The position numbers and the translations under genes are program-made. From the NCBI GenBank assembly GCA_047973065.1, contig JBKEBH010000302.1, positions 567 through 64,566 on the forward strand: a stretch of DNA of 64,000 nucleotides, read 5' to 3'. Numbering within the stretch: position 1 is the first letter of the stretch; every line of letters starts with the position of its first letter. Below, piece after piece: positions 1-7,072 of this stretch. The notes under the pieces were generated by a model. That model was not told the origin of the DNA. It did no database searches and was given only the letters and a program-made list of their open reading frames with translations. Origin of the DNA: Paracoccus sp. (in: a-proteobacteria). Lineage in GTDB: Bacteria > Pseudomonadota > Alphaproteobacteria > Rhodobacterales > Rhodobacteraceae.

Positions 1-232
1 CGCGCGGAGGGGGAGAGATCTCCTGCGCGAGGGCCCGCGCCGGGCAGAGCCCAACGCAGATGCCGCAACCCGTGCAGGCCTGGGCGTCCAGATCAATGCC
101 CTGACGCGACAGGGAAAACACGTCATGAGGGCAGGCCTGAACACATGCCGTGCATGTGGTCTGCGGGCTATGGCTATGGCTATGGCTGCAAATGTCCCGG
201 TCGAGGACCGGAACTGCGGCGGGGCGGCTCAC
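1..232 (-). CDS. 4Fe-4S dicluster ferredoxin-like protein, N-terminal part (runs off the window; absent from the ORF track)
   Basis: Manual translation from GTG at 232, which overlaps the TorD stop as GTGA: MSRPAAVPVLDRDICSHSHSHSPQTTCTACVQACPHDVFSLSRQGIDLDAQACTGCGICVGLCPARALAQ... Two ferredoxin Cys motifs. Confidence 0.85.
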   Translation of the reverse strand, partial: MSRPAAVPVLDRDICSHSHSHSPQTTCTACVQACPHDVFSLSRQGIDLDAQACTGCGICVGLCPARALAQEISPPPR

Positions 233-978
233 CAGCCTGGCTCGACGCCCGGAATGTAAAGCTCCTGATCGGGGGCCTTGGGATTGGGCTTGTCGCCTGG
301 CAGGGGTGCGATATCGGGCTCGATCCCGGTCAGCTCGGTCAGCAGGCCGCGCAGCTCGGTCAGGAAATCGGCCAGCACCGCGCCGGTCGTGGCCAGAAGC
401 CGGGTCTGGCAGCGATCATGCATCTTGCGGCCGTATTCGGGCATCCAGGGCAGGACATGACGGTCGAGGAAATTCGCGGCATCGATCGCGGTCACGGCGG
501 TGCCGTCCTCGATCAGGTGATGGACGAATTGCAGCTCATGGACCATGTGATCGTCGGCCCGGATCCGCCAGTCGGGCGAAGCAAGCCCGTAATGCTCATA
601 CCATTCGCGCACCGCGAACATCGGCTCCTGCCGCTCCAGCCGTTCCTCGGTCATCCAGACCGAGCCGCTCGGCGAAAGCCGGTAGCCATGGGTCAGGAAG
701 GTATCGGCATAATCGGCGGCCAGATCGTCCAGCGTGACCTGATCGGGAGCGTCGGGCAGGGCGTCCAGTGCGCCCTGAAGCGCCAGTCCCGATTCCCGTC
801 CGGCCCCGACCGGCAGCAGCTTGGCAAAGAGATCGCCGGCCTTGATGGCCTTCAGCCCGGCAATCGCATCGGCATCGAGCTCGCGGTCGAGCAGGCGGAT
901 CAGGATTGCCAGCCCTTCGGCTGCGACGGACAGAGCCGCGCCGGCGGCTCCGTCGAGTGCGGTGAGATCCTCAGCCAT
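229..978 (-). CDS. TorD/DmsD-family redox enzyme maturation chaperone
   Basis: Motifs SPSGSVW and RADDHMVHEL, plus FLDRHVLPW. Lies directly downstream of the dmsAB-like genes. Confidence 0.9.
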   Translation of the reverse strand: MAEDLTALDGAAGAALSVAAEGLAILIRLLDRELDADAIAGLKAIKAGDLFAKLLPVGAGRESGLALQGALDALPDAPDQVTLDDLAADYADTFLTHGYRLSPSGSVWMTEERLERQEPMFAVREWYEHYGLASPDWRIRADDHMVHELQFVHHLIEDGTAVTAIDAANFLDRHVLPWMPEYGRKMHDRCQTRLLATTGAVLADFLTELRGLLTELTGIEPDIAPLPGDKPNPKAPDQELYIPGVEPGW

Positions 979-1639
979 CCACGCGCCCCTTGCTATGGGC
1001 GATGAAGCGGATCGAGGGATCGGTCAGATCCGGGTCGGCCATGGTGCGCACCTGCCGCACGATCTCGTCATTGGGGCCGCGCGCCTTGGTCTGAAAGCTG
1101 CCATCGTCGATCTGATCGAGCGGCCCGACATCGAGCACACGCATCATGCAGGCGGCGACGCAATAGGGTTTGCGCCCGGCTTCCAGCTCGTCGATGCACA
1201 TGTTGCACTTCTTGACCACGTTTTCTTCAGGGTCGAACTGCGGTGCACCGAAGGGGCAGGCGGCCTCGCATTTGCGGCAGCCGATGCAGAGCGTCGAGTC
1301 GATATCGACCACGCCATTATCGGCCCGCTTGAAGATCGCGCCGGTCGGGCAGGTCGGAAGACAGGCCGGCTCGGCGCAATGGTTGCAGGACATGTTGATC
1401 TTGAAGGCGAAGACCTCGGGGAAGACCCCGCCTTCGATATACTGCACGCGGCGAAAGCGCGGCCCGGGGGCCAGGCCGTTCTTGTCCTTGCAGGCGATTT
1501 CGCAGGCGCGGCAGCCGATGCAGTCCACATTGTTGTGGATGAAGCCCATCTGCATGTCGGGCACCACCGGGGTGTAGCCCTCGCGCTTGATGCGTGCCGC
1601 GTTTTCCTTGATCCGGGCCTTGTCGATATTGCTGGTCAT
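971..1639 (-). CDS. DmsB-like electron-transfer subunit (four 4Fe-4S clusters)
   Basis: CIGCRACEIAC, CNHCAEPACLPTCP, CIGCRKCEAACP and KCNMC...PYCVAAC. Confidence 0.93.
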   Translation of the reverse strand: MTSNIDKARIKENAARIKREGYTPVVPDMQMGFIHNNVDCIGCRACEIACKDKNGLAPGPRFRRVQYIEGGVFPEVFAFKINMSCNHCAEPACLPTCPTGAIFKRADNGVVDIDSTLCIGCRKCEAACPFGAPQFDPEENVVKKCNMCIDELEAGRKPYCVAACMMRVLDVGPLDQIDDGSFQTKARGPNDEIVRQVRTMADPDLTDPSIRFIAHSKGRVDG

Positions 1640-1655
1640 CTTGACTTGCCCTCCC

Positions 1656-4214
1656 TCAGAGATCGCGGCGGAAGACGTGGCTGCGAGCCGTCGAGAGCTG
1701 ATCCCAGCCGGGGCGGTGGTTCAGATCGGTCGGGCGAATATCGCAGAGCACGGTGTTATAGGCGAAGGCCCCTGCCGGGCTGGGCTCGTCCAGCGTCAGG
1801 AAGTCTGGGTTGCCTGAGCGGTCGGTGCCGTCCTCGGCCAGGTCCATCCAGGCACCTTCATGCAGCACGGCGACGCCGGGCATGCACCGTTCGGTCACAT
1901 AGACCGGGACGATGCAGCTGCCGCGATCGTTGAAGACCTCGACCGTATCGCCCATCTCGATCCCCAGCTGCTTGGCGTCCGAGGCGTTCATGGTGACCTC
2001 CTGGCTGAAGGTCTCGCGCAGCCACGGGATGTTGTTGAAGATCGAGTGGGTCCGCCAGCGCGGATGCGGGCTGATCAGGTGGAAGGGGTGCTTTTCGGCC
2101 TTGGGACTGTTCAGGCTTTCCCAGGGCTCGATCCATTTCGGGATCGCCGGGATTTCATAGCCGTACTGAGTCTTGGTCCAGTCGGTGACCGAAGCCAGCT
2201 GCCCCGACAGGATCTCGATCTTGCCCGAAGCGGTCTGGAAGGGCATGCCCTGTTCGATCTGGGCCCGGAAGGCGACATGGGGCTCGGGGAAGACGAATTT
2301 GTAGACCCCGCGCGCCTTGAAGGTTTCCCAGTCGATATCGGCGCCCTGGTGTTCTTGCACCTTGTGCCACCAATCGACCAGATAGGCCTCGTCCACGGCG
2401 GTCGGATCGTTGAAGTAATCGCGATTTGCCTTGGGGTTAAAGGCCGGCCCGAAGCCAAGCCGCCAGGCCAGCTCGGTGAAGACCTGGAAGTCCGTGCGGC
2501 TTTCGCCAAGCGGCTGAATGACCACCGGGCGGTGGATGTAATAGTGCCCCTTGTACCAGGGCAGGGCGACATCGTGGCGCTCGAAATGGGTGGCGATGGG
2601 CAGCAGGTAATCGGCCCAGATGCCGGTGGGCGTGATGGTGCTGTCCATGCACACCAGCAGACTTTCGCCCTCGCCATAGCTGTCGAGCTTGCGGATCGCC
2701 TCGATTTCCTTGTTGATATTGGTCAGCTGGTTGAACCAGTCCGAGCCCTGCCAGAAGATCCCCCGGATATTGGGGATGACCCCATCGAGCTGGTCCTGAC
2801 GCGGCCAGAGGCCGACTTCCTCGCGCTTGACGTTGGGATAGTTCAGCACGCAATGCGCCCAACGATCCGACTTGATTGAAGCCCACCACAGATTGGCGTT
2901 CTGGTCGTAAGGATAGGCGACGCCTTCGGCATGCCAGGCCTTGCCGACGCCCTCGGCGCAGCCGCCGAGAATGCCGATATTGCCGGTCATCGCCTGAAGG
3001 GCGGCGGCCATGCGGTTATACTGCTCGCCGTAGGCGTTGCGCCCGGGCGCCCAGCTGGCCTTCAGTGCGGCCGGCTTGGTGGTGGCGTACATCTCGGCAA
3101 GCTTCTTGATATCCTCGGCGCTGACACCGCAGATCCCGGAAGCCCATTCCGGGGTTTTCGCAATGCCGTCATGGGTGCCGGCGATGTAGTCCTTGAAGCT
3201 TTCCTGACCCTGGGCCCATTGCGGCATGGTGCCCGGATCCATGCCCTGCACGAAGCGGTCGATGAAGGCCTGATCGTGCCAGTTGTTGTCCCAGATGTGA
3301 TAGGCCATGCCGGCCATCATCGCGGCATCGGTATTGGGCCGGATCGGGATCCACCAGGCATCATAGGCGGCGGCGCTGTCGGTATATTGCGGATCGACCA
3401 CCACGAATTTGCAGCCGCGCTGCTTGGCCATGCGCAGGTAATAGAAGGTATTGCCGCCATGGAAGGTATAGGCCGGGTTCCAGCCCCACATGATCATCAG
3501 TTTCGTATGGGCGAAGGCGTCGTCTTCGTTGCCGTCCTCGATGGTGCCGTAAGTGATCCGGCTGGAAAAGGTCGTGCCCTGATAGGAGGGCACCGACCAG
3601 GAATTGGTCCGGCAGCCGAACATGCCCATGAAGCGGGCCAGCAGACCCTCGATCTGGTCGGATTTGTGCAAAACCCCGTAGGAGGCGCCGGCATAGGACT
3701 GATCGAGCAGGGCGGTGGGCCCATAGGTGTTCTTCAGATAGGTCATGCGCTCGGCGATATCGCTCAGCGCCTCGTCCCAGCTGACGCGCTTGAACTTGCC
3801 CTCGCCGCGCGCGCCGACCCGCTTCATCGGGTAAAGCAGGCGCTCGGGACTATAAAGGCGCGAACGATATGAACGGCCGCGCAGACAGGCGCGCAGCTGC
3901 GGCTTTTCCTCGGTATCGGTGCCGTAGGCATCGCCCTGATAGGTGCCGTTATCGGTCGAGAGCCGGACAATGACATCGCCCTTCTTGTGGGCGACCAGCA
4001 TGTGCCGGCTGCCGCAGTTATGGGCGCAGGAGGTGACGACGGTCTCAAGATCGTCATCGGTCGGATAGGGCTCATAGGCGAAGGCCTGGGCCTTGCGCGG
4101 GATGCCCCCGGCGACCAGCACCGTCGCGGCGGCGGCGCTGGAGGTCTGAAGGAACTGCCGGCGCGTCGGGTTGAGGCCGCGAGCCCAGTTCGAAATGCGG
4201 GATTGCAGGGTCAT
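1656..4214 (-). CDS. Tat-exported DMSO reductase family molybdopterin (bis-MGD) catalytic subunit, DmsA/YnfE-like, substrate unknown
   Basis: ATG at 4214 follows a GAGGAG RBS. Tat motif TRRQFLQ ends in AQA. FS0 motif CAHNCGSRH...ACLRGR. RLLYPMKRVGARGEGKF and TASGKIEI present, with a C-terminal MGD-binding region (RTHS, YNT). Confidence 0.93.
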   Translation of the reverse strand: MTLQSRISNWARGLNPTRRQFLQTSSAAAATVLVAGGIPRKAQAFAYEPYPTDDDLETVVTSCAHNCGSRHMLVAHKKGDVIVRLSTDNGTYQGDAYGTDTEEKPQLRACLRGRSYRSRLYSPERLLYPMKRVGARGEGKFKRVSWDEALSDIAERMTYLKNTYGPTALLDQSYAGASYGVLHKSDQIEGLLARFMGMFGCRTNSWSVPSYQGTTFSSRITYGTIEDGNEDDAFAHTKLMIMWGWNPAYTFHGGNTFYYLRMAKQRGCKFVVVDPQYTDSAAAYDAWWIPIRPNTDAAMMAGMAYHIWDNNWHDQAFIDRFVQGMDPGTMPQWAQGQESFKDYIAGTHDGIAKTPEWASGICGVSAEDIKKLAEMYATTKPAALKASWAPGRNAYGEQYNRMAAALQAMTGNIGILGGCAEGVGKAWHAEGVAYPYDQNANLWWASIKSDRWAHCVLNYPNVKREEVGLWPRQDQLDGVIPNIRGIFWQGSDWFNQLTNINKEIEAIRKLDSYGEGESLLVCMDSTITPTGIWADYLLPIATHFERHDVALPWYKGHYYIHRPVVIQPLGESRTDFQVFTELAWRLGFGPAFNPKANRDYFNDPTAVDEAYLVDWWHKVQEHQGADIDWETFKARGVYKFVFPEPHVAFRAQIEQGMPFQTASGKIEILSGQLASVTDWTKTQYGYEIPAIPKWIEPWESLNSPKAEKHPFHLISPHPRWRTHSIFNNIPWLRETFSQEVTMNASDAKQLGIEMGDTVEVFNDRGSCIVPVYVTERCMPGVAVLHEGAWMDLAEDGTDRSGNPDFLTLDEPSPAGAFAYNTVLCDIRPTDLNHRPGWDQLSTARSHVFRRDL

Positions 4215-4225
4215 GTCGCCTCTCC

Positions 4226-5767
4226 TCAATTCGCCGGACGAGCGTATTTGGCATCGCTTTCGGTCGGACGGTCCCGGGCCCATTCGGGGATCTCGGGATC
4301 CATGTCCGGCCAGGGGTGACGCGGATAGGGATAGCTGATCCGGTACCAGGCCCGGCCGCCATGGCAGCCATAGCAGGTGTCGGAACCGGCTTGCGCCAGA
4401 TCCTCGATCCCGGCCGCCTTCAGATAGGTGACGTTATGGCGGTTGGTGCGGAACAGTTCCTGGTGGCAGGACAGGCAACCATTGGCCAGCGTCGGATCGT
4501 CGCTGCTTTGATCTTCCATATCGGCGCGTACGTCCGGCCACGGCCCGCCAAGGCCCATGATGGTTTCGGGATCGGGCATCTGGCCATGGCAGCGCAGGCA
4601 GGTATCGGTCGGATTGACCATCTTGCGCAGGGTGAATTCCGGGTTGCTCGCATCGGCCGCGCCGGTGGTGTGCAGCGCGATGATGTCCGGGCTTTCCTCG
4701 CGCGGGTCATTGCCGCGGTGGCAGAAGTTGCACTGCAGGTTCATGGTCTTCTGCGCCAGCGGGCTTTGCAGGTGGCGCCAGTGGAAGTCGGACTGGCCGG
4801 TGCCTTCCTGCGGGACATAGGTGTCGAGCGTCTGATACCAGGCAAGCGAGGCATCGGCCTCGATGCCAGCCGGCGATTGGGCGCGGACCTGGCGGGTGCC
4901 GATTTCCTGATGGCAGGCTAGGCATTCCTGATCGGAGGCCTCATCGATCATCGGCGGAAAGTGGATCGGGTTATAGCGGGCGCGCTGATAATCCATATTC
5001 GCGATATCGCCCTCCAGCGCGGCCAGACGCTCGGCGATCACCGCGATTTCATCATCGCCTGGCGCTTCGGGGTCGGTATAGGGGATCTGGGCGATTTCGA
5101 TGTCCTCGGCCGCATTGTCTTCCTCGGGCAGGGCAGTGCCGGCGTCAGCGCCCTCATCGGCGGTGTTCGCGGCAACGGCTGCGCCAGCTGCGGCAAAGCC
5201 GAGCGCATCGGGCGCAATCGGCGTGTCGGACTGACCCGCCAGCCAGGCGATCAGGTTCATCCGGTCCTCGAGCTTTTTCAGCCCGGCATAGCTCATCTTG
5301 GTGCCCGCAATGTTGCCCTTGGGATCGGCGAGATAGGCGTCAAGCGCCTCAGCCGTCCAGGTGCCGCCATGATTGGCCATGGCGTCGGAATAATTGAAAC
5401 CTTCGACCGAGCCGACCGGGCGGTCAACCATGCCCCACAGATGGGGGCCGGTCTTGTCCTGCTTGCTGTCATCGGCGCTGTGGCAGGCCTTGCACTTGCC
5501 AAAGACCTTCTCGCCGGCGGCGAGATCGACACCGGCAGCCGCCGGGGCGGGATCTGCGGCAGGGGGGGCTTCCGCAGAAGCGGCATCCGCATCCGCTGTA
5601 TCGGCGGCGGGCGCTTCATCGGCTGCGGCGCTGGCGGTCATATAGGCCGGCGTGCGATCGGGTGTTCCCTTGATCAGGAGCGTCCCCGCCACAAACACCG
5701 CATAGACGCCTACCAGAAGAAAAAGGCCCAAAGAGGCTAGGCCGAGCCATCCTTCCAATCGTTTCAT
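4226..5767 (-). CDS. Membrane-anchored hexaheme cytochrome c: class I (c2/cy-like) domain fused to a pentaheme domain
   Basis: N-terminal hydrophobic helix, Ala/Pro/Asp linker, then a c2 domain ([28 protein letters not shown]). After an acidic linker come CLACH, CNFCH, CLRCH, CLSCH and CYGCH. Confidence 0.9.
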   Translation of the reverse strand: MKRLEGWLGLASLGLFLLVGVYAVFVAGTLLIKGTPDRTPAYMTASAAADEAPAADTADADAASAEAPPAADPAPAAAGVDLAAGEKVFGKCKACHSADDSKQDKTGPHLWGMVDRPVGSVEGFNYSDAMANHGGTWTAEALDAYLADPKGNIAGTKMSYAGLKKLEDRMNLIAWLAGQSDTPIAPDALGFAAAGAAVAANTADEGADAGTALPEEDNAAEDIEIAQIPYTDPEAPGDDEIAVIAERLAALEGDIANMDYQRARYNPIHFPPMIDEASDQECLACHQEIGTRQVRAQSPAGIEADASLAWYQTLDTYVPQEGTGQSDFHWRHLQSPLAQKTMNLQCNFCHRGNDPREESPDIIALHTTGAADASNPEFTLRKMVNPTDTCLRCHGQMPDPETIMGLGGPWPDVRADMEDQSSDDPTLANGCLSCHQELFRTNRHNVTYLKAAGIEDLAQAGSDTCYGCHGGRAWYRISYPYPRHPWPDMDPEIPEWARDRPTESDAKYARPAN

Positions 5768-5790
5768 ATCCCTCGCTCCGATCCGGCTGG

Positions 5791-5818
5791 ACCGGACGGC
5801 AGCGTGCTGCCATCCGGT
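5791..5818. other. Intercistronic stem-loop (possible mRNA stabiliser or antisense terminator)
   Basis: ACCGGAcGGCAGC-gt-GCTGCCaTCCGGT. It pairs fully on the minus-strand RNA (U-G wobble). A T-rich tail follows only on the plus strand. Confidence 0.55.
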
Positions 5819-5876
5819 TTCTTTTCTGGCTTAGTCGGAAGAGACTGCTTTTCCTTGAAGCGTCTTCCGGCGGGGC

Positions 5877-6329
5877 TTAGTGGGTATCACCCGACATGCC
5901 ACCCATGCCGCTCATCCCGGACATGCCACCCATACCGGACATTCCCGACATGCCGCCCATGCCGCTCTGGCCGACGAAGGTCCACTGGAGGCAGTTGCCG
6001 CCATTGCCAGCCATGCCGGACATGCCACCCATACCGGACATCCCCGACATGCCACCCATACCGGACATTCCCGACATGCCGTCCATGCCGCTCATCCCGG
6101 ACATGCCATCCATGCCGCTCATCCCGGACATGCCACCCATGCCGGACATCCCCGATATGCCGCCCATGCCGCCCATGCCGGACATCCCCGACATGCCGTC
6201 CATGCCGGACATTCCCGACATGCCTTCCTGCGGTGCCGGCTTGCCCGACATGGCCTCGGCACTGGCGACCGACATCAGCGCGCCTGTGCAAAGGATCGCG
6301 GCGAGAGTAGTCCTGAACGATTTCGTCAT
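5877..6329 (-). CDS. Secreted methionine/glycine-rich repeat protein, (Met-X-Gly)n
   Basis: AGGAG RBS then ATG at 6329. Sec-type signal MTKSFRTTLAAILCTGALMSVASAEA. 24 + 8 triplets (MSG/MGG/MDG, one ISG, one MAG) are split by NGGNCLQWTFVGQSG. Same strand as the operon. Confidence 0.85.
   Translation of the reverse strand: MTKSFRTTLAAILCTGALMSVASAEAMSGKPAPQEGMSGMSGMDGMSGMSGMGGMGGISGMSGMGGMSGMSGMDGMSGMSGMDGMSGMSGMGGMSGMSGMGGMSGMAGNGGNCLQWTFVGQSGMGGMSGMSGMGGMSGMSGMGGMSGDTH
5889..6222. repeat. Coding tandem repeat with a 9-bp unit and 27-bp higher-order period
   Basis: Recurrent ccgacatgc / ccggacat / cccat units with synonymous variation. Interrupted at about 5961-6005. Confidence 0.9.
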
Positions 6330-6423
6330 TCGCTTTGCTCCTAATTTGTTGCGTTTCGCACAGGCCAATCCTGTGGCTAACGCTGTCCCCCGGCGCGGGT
6401 CAGCACCGGGAAAGTCGTGCGGC

Positions 6424-6747
6424 TCACTCGGCAGAGTGCCAGCCGCGAATGTCGTAGGGGGCGGTCATTCCGGGATGGATGAAGGGCGTGAACCACGCAC
6501 CTTGGTCATCCAGGAAGCCGAGCGAGGCCGGGTAGGGCTCACTGACGCCGGTCAGGGCGGCCTGATACCATTCGTCCGATTTGACGAATTCGGTAATCAC
6601 AGGCGCGCCTGCCGGACGCTGGGAAGGATCGGTTCCGGCGATGAAAGCCGCACCCGGACCGGGTTCGCCGATTGCAGCATCCTGTGCCAGAACCGGTGCC
6701 GCAGTTGCCACGATCAGGGCGGCTACAATGCTGAAACGATGCGCCAT
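6424..6747 (-). CDS. Small secreted protein of unknown function, first gene of the molybdoenzyme operon
   Basis: GAGGAA RBS. Signal peptide MAHRFSIVAALIVATAAPVLA|QD. The mature part is Pro/aromatic-rich (WYQAALTGVSEPYP, DQGAWFTPFIHPGM, YDIRGWH). Confidence 0.8.
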   Translation of the reverse strand: MAHRFSIVAALIVATAAPVLAQDAAIGEPGPGAAFIAGTDPSQRPAGAPVITEFVKSDEWYQAALTGVSEPYPASLGFLDDQGAWFTPFIHPGMTAPYDIRGWHSAE

Positions 6748-6946
6748 ATGCGTTTTCCTCACCTGAGCTCTCGGCAAAACCACGCCGGTTCTGCCCCGGC
6801 TTTGAGCAGTGATTATCCGAGCAAATGGAGGTGTTTCCAGATTTATTTATTTTATTACAATTGGTTGCGAGAGGTTTGTGTATGACAAATTGGCAGATGG
6901 CAAAGGGTGGGGCGATGTTAGGTCAGGAATTGTTAACGTCTTCGGA

Positions 6947-6961
6947 CTGACAGCATGTCAG
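6947..6961. promoter_or_regulatory. Palindrome CTGACA-N3-TGTCAG, putative operator (imperfect second copy at 6883-6895)
   Basis: CTGACAGCATGTCAG lies in the AT-rich divergent intergenic region. Second copy is TGACAAATTGGCA. Confidence 0.4.
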
Positions 6962-7012
6962 GTTCTACGTCATCTGAGCATTCCGCGTCAGAACGTCGCA
7001 TGTCTGCGGTCA

Positions 7013-7026
7013 TTGACCTTGGTGAA
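7013..7026. promoter_or_regulatory. FNR/DNR-type box (imperfect)
   Basis: TTGAC-CTTG-GTGAA compared with consensus TTGAT-N4-ATCAA. About 47 bp upstream of the mrp ATG. Confidence 0.5.
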
Positions 7027-7072
7027 GGCCGAGCCTCACTGTCACCCTTTACGAGGAAATCGGTAGGGGATT

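Noticed and set aside
1656..4214. Calling the enzyme dmsA, torA/dorA, or an arsenate, selenate or perchlorate reductase
   Set aside because: The FS0 and active-site segments deviate from DmsA, and no dmsC follows dmsB. TorA/DorA lack FS0 and a DmsB partner. Nar/Pcr/Ser-type motifs are absent. The substrate cannot be assigned from sequence.
5889..6222. Repeat region as a CRISPR array
   Set aside because: The units are contiguous degenerate 9/27-bp repeats with no unique spacers. They are protein-coding, and no cas genes are present.
5877..6329. Met-rich protein as a RiPP precursor
   Set aside because: It has a Sec signal rather than a leader peptide. No radical SAM, YcaO, lanthipeptide or peptidase-exporter genes are nearby.
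5804..6885. Plus-strand ORFs with Cys-rich (TCHPCR), His-rich (HAAHPGH) or Pro-Met (MPDIPD) repeats that resemble metallothionein or metal-binding proteins
   Set aside because: They are shadow frames of the 9-bp repeat. Only the minus-strand Met-Gly frame has an RBS, a signal peptide and operon orientation.
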